Positions 22,478 to 27,965 of a stretch of 27,965 nt of DNA are shown in pieces; positions within the stretch are counted from its first letter, which is position 1, and the number at the start of each line of letters is the position of its first letter. The notes below the pieces were generated by a model. It worked only from the letters and a program-made list of their open reading frames with translations, ran no database searches and had not been told where the DNA came from. The position numbers and the translations under genes are program-made. The stretch comes from Octopus sinensis. Its lineage: Eukaryota. The DNA lies in contig NW_021827549.1 of the NCBI RefSeq assembly GCF_006345805.1, positions 1 to 27,965 of the forward strand. The letters are read 5' to 3'.

Positions 22478-22566
22478 CAACGTGACCGACCAGGCTATCA
22501 GATGCTACACATAATGGCTACAATGCGAAGCGCATTGTTTTAGCCTTCAAATGACACCACCCCGCT
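22478..22566 (-). mobile_element. Fragment of a third octopus SINE family (3' end)
   Basis: GTGACCGACCAGGCTATCAGATG...CGCATTGTTTTAGCCTTCAAATGAC matches my recollection of a common octopus repeat; there is no second copy in the window to confirm it. Confidence 0.4.
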
Positions 22567-22574
22567 GAGAATTT

Positions 22575-23600
22575 TCTGCTAATTTTCTGGAAATTACTTT
22601 CTTTTCTTAAATTGCAGTTAAGACTTTATAAGTTAAAGGAAGGCTAGTAATGTGAACTCTTGTTCCGAAAGCTACCATTCTTTACAATTTAATGGGAATT
22701 ACGATAATATTTCCTCTATTTGACTCAGTCGGGTGTTTTTTCCGATCCGTAATGGTATGTTATTAGACATTGCTTATAAAATATTGGTGCGTGCTTATTA
22801 AATATTTCTTCAAGAAGTTTAGGATTTTGTTACTTCTTGCTGCTTTCTAGTACTTTGTTTTTGCATTGGCATGACACCTCACCATTGTTCAAGGACTGAT
22901 TTTGTTGATTTAAACATATTTGTCTAGTGGTAATTTCATTACTTGTCCATAAACCTCGCCAAAATTCTTCTATTTGCTACCACAAGAGCATTTAATTCTA
23001 TTTTAATTTCATCAAATTCTTGGTAAAATCAGATTAGGTTAGAGTCGAAACTTTTGGTCTAAAGAATTGTTATAGCTTTTCATTACCAAGGGCTCTTTGG
23101 AATGTAGCGAAGATCTCTTGGGTAAAGCATTTTTTAAAATTCCGACTGTGTTATATTTTATTTCTTATAATTCTGTATTATCTGTCTTTTCTTATTCCTC
23201 TGTTTTTTTTTAATCAATCTTTCATTTCCGTTATTGATTTTATTGAGATCAATAAGGAAAATACTCAGAGCAAGACTGAAGGATTTTCTTGTTCCGGTTT
23301 TCTTGGTTTTTATTTTCTTTGGTGTTTACGTGGCTTTTGGTATTTCAATGCGATGAGTTCTGATAGAATACTGACTTTCCTTTCTAACTACAACGCCTGT
23401 TACATATATTATTTCCACTGCCCCGATGATATTGATGGTATCACTTTCCATTGAGCCTGAGATAACTAAGTTTATGTTGGTTATTGTTTATGTTTGTTGC
23501 TGTTACATGGTCTTAGGAAAATCTTGTATTGCTTGGAATTATAGAATTGGTTCCTTTTTTTTTATGTTGTCGTAGTCATTGTTTCTAGCTTAAGAATCTC
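22575..23600 (-). mobile_element. Old, heavily decayed non-LTR retrotransposon relic (start of RT domain; R4-like)
   Basis: Minus frames give IEEFWRGLW (22947-22973), KTPD*VK then GNIIVIP after a frameshift, and HITSLPLTYKVLTAI (22610-22654), resembling the RPITCLPTxYKxLTxI RT motif. Confidence 0.55.
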
Positions 23601-23614
23601 CTGCTCTTAAATCG

Positions 23615-23974
<360 letters not shown>

Positions 23975-24450
23975 CAGATATGTTCTCTTCTGTTTTTAAT
24001 TGAATTTTTCCTCTGAGGAAGGAACTGGTTTCTAGCAAAAATACAAAGCTCCACTGTTGGATTGTAGATAACAAAAACAATGTCATATTTTAAAGTCGAG
24101 AAAAGTCTTGAATACTTTTACTGTTCCACTTACAGACTTTATTTGCAACGTGTTAGTGAGTTGGTTGTTTTCTTTTTCTAAAGACCCTAACTTATCCAGA
24201 TTGGTACTCAGGCATTTACTCACAAAACCAAGTGTAGCAATTATTATTGGTATAAATGTGAATTCATAATCTGGGTATAGAAGATGGAGGCTTTGAAGCA
24301 GCTGTCCATGGTTATTTTCTTTCTATTTGATTTTCGAAAAGACATCAACATCAGCAGAACAGCTGACATCGTTGATGGTACATACTTTTTCTTGTCTGTC
24401 CCAAACAACAATATCCCTTCTGTTTTGTCTACATTTGAGAGATGTTTTGA
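23975..24450 (-). mobile_element. R4/Dong-clade 3' fragment (RLE domain and 3'UTR)
   Basis: Minus frame RQNRRDIVVWDRQEKVCTINDVSC...KENNHGQLLQSLHLLYPDYEFTFIPIIIATLG...[14 protein letters not shown]; stop at 24083-24085. Confidence 0.8.
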
Positions 24451-24459
24451 GGATATATG

Positions 24460-24580
24460 TATGTATTATGATTGTATATTTGAATGTATGTATATATGCA
24501 TGTATGCATGTATGTACGAATGTATGTATGTATGTATGTATGTATGTATGTATGTATGTATGTATGTATGTATGTATGTA
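24460..24580. repeat. (TATG)n microsatellite
   Basis: Direct reading. Confidence 0.95.
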
Positions 24581-26114
24581 TATGTGGAGATTTGTATGTT
24601 TTATGTATGTATTCTCATGCATATAGTTGCATATCTAGACATGCTCATATATATTCAAAAGATAAACTTCTGGAAAGTTTTACAGATTTTTACAGTTCCG
24701 GATTTGATCTATAGTCTTCCAATTAGCTTTCTCCTTTCTGGTTTTGAGAAGCCTAATTTCTCAAGATTGCTATTTAGATTCTCAAGATTGGCAGTGTGTT
24801 ACATATCGCAGGGCCTTAATAATTACAAGTATAAACCTGAACTTGTAATCTGGATAGAGTAACTACAGATTTCTCAATAGTTCTGCATAGGTGTTCTCTT
24901 TTTCACTGATCTTCAGTTTTATGTTAACATCTGTTGGGCAGCTAATTTCTACAACTGTTCACAGTTTCTCTTCTCTATCCCAAAGCATTATATCAGGTCT
25001 GTTGTGCTTATATTTTATTGAGGTCTCCACTGGGACATTCCACCAGTACCCCTTTTTATTATGAGTGGCTATGGCTTCTACCATACTGTGGGTTCTTATT
25101 TCTTTATCCTTCCGACGGATTTCATTATAGTGTGTCCTAGCTACAACATCATGTCTCATTAGTAGATAATACCGTGATGACATTTTCGGACAACTGCTTA
25201 TGATGTGGGTGATATCTTCAGTGTGAACTCCACAAAGTCTGCATCGGTTGTCACATTTTACTGCTTTTCCTGCATCCCTATCCCTTTTGTGCATCAGGTA
25301 TTTGGTTGATGTTTCCTGTTCCTGGATTGCAAACGCATACCCTTCAAAGTGAGAGTTAGTAATCTGGCTATTGGTCCGTGATAAACTGTTTTGACGATCG
25401 ATGTTACTATCATCTCGGAGCTTTCTACTAACGTATCCATGTATAGTCTTCTGCTCATATAGGCTCATCCTTTCATCTGATGATACGTTGCGGTAGAGTC
25501 GTGCGACTTCTTTGGGCATGTATTCTAGGTTATCAGACAAAGAGTGTTGCTCAAGGAGCTGCCTTCCAAGTCTTATGATGTTATCAGCCTCGAGTATGCA
25601 AACTTGGTCAAGGGATGCACTTCGACACTTGGTGGTGAAAAGTTGTTATTTAATGGATATGATGCGACATTCAAAAGCATTTTGGATCGATGTCAATCCT
25701 CTGCCGCCTTGTTTTCGTTTTAAGTAGAGGCGGTCTATGTCACTGTTTATGTGGAAATTATGTGTGCTTGTTAATATTTTTCGGGTTTTCACATCAGTGG
25801 CTCGGATCTTATCAAGGTCCACTCAGGCAGCCTGAATGTTGGTATGAGTACTGCCACTGCAAATACATTGTGGACCACTGTTTTGTTGAATGCAGAGAGT
25901 TCTAATGTCCAAATTTTCTTTATTTGGCTATAATAGTTTTTAGTGACACGTGTTGTTACAAGTGCCATTGTAAAATATGTTTTCATCCACTCCTAGACAC
26001 CTGTAACATTCCACGTCAGATACAGGTGAAAGTCAAATCCTTGATGGAGATGTTGCTAGTCTGGTTTATAGCTTTCCCCCTTTTCACAACCATATAACAA
26101 CATTTATTCTGACC

Positions 26115-26115
<1 letters not shown>
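24581..26115 (-). mobile_element. 5'-truncated R4/Dong-clade retrotransposon: end of RT/thumb, CCHC, RLE and 3'UTR
   Basis: KIWTLELSAFNK...HNVFAV, DIDRLYLKRKQGGRGL, CRLCGVHTEDITHIISSC, RHDVVA, NRPDIMLWD...VVEISCP...EKENTY. Several stops and frameshifts; terminal stop at 24655-24657. Confidence 0.9.
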
Positions 26116-26145
<30 letters not shown>

Positions 26146-26196
26146 TGTATGTATGTATGTATGTATGTATGTATGTATGTATGTATGTATGTATGT
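26116..26196. repeat. (TATG)n microsatellite
   Basis: Direct reading. Confidence 0.95.
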
Positions 26197-26734
26197 CAGG
26201 TCACTTTCGAGTGCTACTGGTAACATGTAACCCAGTACAACCTGTCGCATGGTCGGGTCGTCGGCGACTAAACCGGCAACCCCACCAAGCTTGCTTGGTG
26301 AGGAGGGTGTTTATTGGACACCCTGCTGGATGAAAAACAAAACCCGTCAAAGGGCGGAGGAACTCTTGAAAGTCAACGGCCATCCAATAAATGCCTTATG
26401 GCTGTATCATGCGCGGGGACATAGAAATAATCGGACTGAATACCCGATCGCGCGGTTAAACTATTGGGAGTGAAGGACTCCTAGCCTTTGTTAGGGCATC
26501 CTAACTCAGGTAACTGGGATAATTCCGACATAAAACCTGCGGCTCAGGGGTTACCGATGATGTTGACTTGTTCTTCTTTTCGGATTATGGCTGCTGTTGC
26601 TCAGTGAGTGGGATTGACTCAGTGCACAGCCTTTCCTCACTTTAAAAAAAATCTTCTTGCACAGGCATTGCACGATAGCAACATTGATTAAGCTTCGTGC
26701 AATGGCCATACTCGATAACGAGGGGGCAGCCACC
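26197..26734 (+). mobile_element. Highly structured non-coding interspersed repeat, possibly derived from an RTE-type LINE UTR
   Basis: GC-richer than its surroundings, with serial hairpins, no ORF and (TATG)n on both sides. GGCAACCCC and GGGCATCC...ATAAAACC resemble RTE 5'UTR motifs (from memory). Confidence 0.45.
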
Positions 26735-26847
26735 ATGTATGTATGTATTGTATGTATGTATGTATGTATGTATGTATGTATGTATGTATATATGTATGTA
26801 TGTATGTATGTATGAATGTATGTATGTATGAATGTATGTATGTATGC

Positions 26848-26880
<33 letters not shown>

Positions 26881-26915
26881 TGTATGTATGTATGTATGCA
26901 TGCATGCATGTGTAT
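26735..26915. repeat. (ATGT)n microsatellite
   Basis: Direct reading. Confidence 0.95.
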
Positions 26916-27105
26916 GTGTGTCTTTGTGTCTGTGTTTATGCTCCTCACTGCTTCCAACCGTTCTTGCTTTGTTTACGTCCCTGCGACTTAGCGCTCGGCA
27001 AAAAGACTACGATAGAATAAACACTGCTCTTAAAGCCAAGTACTGAGGTGGATTGGCCGTTTAAAACACTTCAAAGTGGTGCTGCAGCATGGCCACAATG
27101 TTATT
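26915..27105 (+). mobile_element. Diverged 3' half of the main SINE
   Basis: GTTTACGTCCC...CTTAGCGCTCGGCAAAA...GATAGAATAA...GGTGCTGCAGCATGGCCAC. Confidence 0.7.
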
Positions 27106-27144
27106 TATATTTTTCTTTCTGCTTCAGGTTTTTAAAGGTCAGTC

Positions 27145-27340
27145 TTTTAACTTTTATTTGTTCCACTGTGGCCATGCTGGGGCACTACTTTGAAGAATAT
27201 TTCAGTCGAAAGAATCGACTTTTTTTTAAAGCTTTGTGCTTATTTTATCGATCTCTTTTGTAGAACCGCTAAGTTACGAGGATGCAAACGTACCAATACC
27301 GGTCGTAAAGCGGTAATGGAGGACAAACACATACACATAC
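27145..27340 (-). mobile_element. Diverged 3' half of the main SINE, inverted relative to the previous copy
   Basis: GTGGCCATGCTGGGGCAC...TATCGATCTCTTTTG...AACCGCTAAGTTACG. Confidence 0.7.
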
Positions 27341-27647
27341 CCACACTCACACACATACACATACATACACATACATTCCAGCCATGACCAACACTTCTCT
27401 CTCAGACATAAACTCCATTGGCTTATTTCATTCAGAGTATCCTGTAGTTTAGAGAGTCAGGTCAGATTCGAGGGACATTTGGGGGCTATTTCTAGCATAA
27501 CGAAAAGTCCATATCGTGTGATTTATGAAAGCGAGAGGAGAAGCGTTGCATCAAGGAGGCTGGAACGGATGGTTCGAGAATGACTTGTCAGTTAAGTAAC
27601 ACGGGTTCGATACGATGCTGGAGAATCTTAACAAAAGGTGTAAATGT

Positions 27648-27677
27648 TGATGACGACGATGATGATGATGATGATGA

Positions 27678-27719
<42 letters not shown>

Positions 27720-27731
27720 TGATGAATATGA

Positions 27732-27765
<34 letters not shown>

Positions 27766-27875
27766 GGTGGTGGTGGTGATGGTGGTGATGATGGTGATGA
27801 TGGTGGTGGTGATGATGATGCTGCTGCTGCTGATGGTGGTGGTGGTGGTGGTGGTGATGGTGCTGATGATGATGG

Positions 27876-27906
<31 letters not shown>

Positions 27907-27965
27907 GGTGGTGGTGATGGTGGTGATGATGGTGATGATGGTGGTGGTGATGATGGTGGTGGTGA
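27648..27965. repeat. (GAT)/(GAC)/(GGT) trinucleotide mosaic running off the window end
   Basis: Direct reading. Confidence 0.95.

Noticed and set aside
23030-23070. GAAAC-TTTTG-GTC hammerhead-like 3' half
   Set aside because: No core motif upstream, and it lies within the decayed LINE coding relic.
26197-26400. HDV-like or twister ribozyme in the structured element
   Set aside because: The nested P1/P1.1/P2/P3 pseudoknot or twister T1/T2 pairings could not be assembled by eye; left as an untested possibility.
26729-26737. Perfect Kozak GCCACCATG
   Set aside because: The ATG is the first unit of the (ATGT)n array; the downstream frame is pure repeat.

Overview
Eukaryotic, repeat-saturated DNA with no supportable host protein-coding gene. 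It is most likely intergenic or intronic sequence from an octopus (coleoid cephalopod); this is inferred from recall of the SINE families and from the extreme microsatellite density, not from a database search. Nearly all ORFs in the supplied track are translations of simple repeats. The real content is: about 10 copies or fragments of one tRNA-derived SINE family plus pieces of two others; four relics of R4/Dong-clade non-LTR retrotransposons (restriction-like endonuclease, RLE) sitting in microsatellites; an L1/Tx1-like ORF2 fragment; a decayed Chapaev3-type (CMC) DNA transposon; a small TA-flanked MITE; and several long inverted repeats. The most notable signal, read by eye, is a set of minimal hammerhead ribozyme (HHR) motifs of the dimer-forming type associated with Penelope-like elements (PLEs). 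Three have near-complete cores (5528-5573 +, 12299-12334 -, 15417-15460 -) and three are relics. They come from several unrelated repeat families and carry palindromic stem III sequences (ACGU, ACCCGGGU, ACAUGU, ACCGGU). Two lie inside long fold-back elements (15273-15535, 20209-21032) and one lies next to a 175-nt palindrome. No ribozyme activity, folding energy or family assignment was computed or tested.
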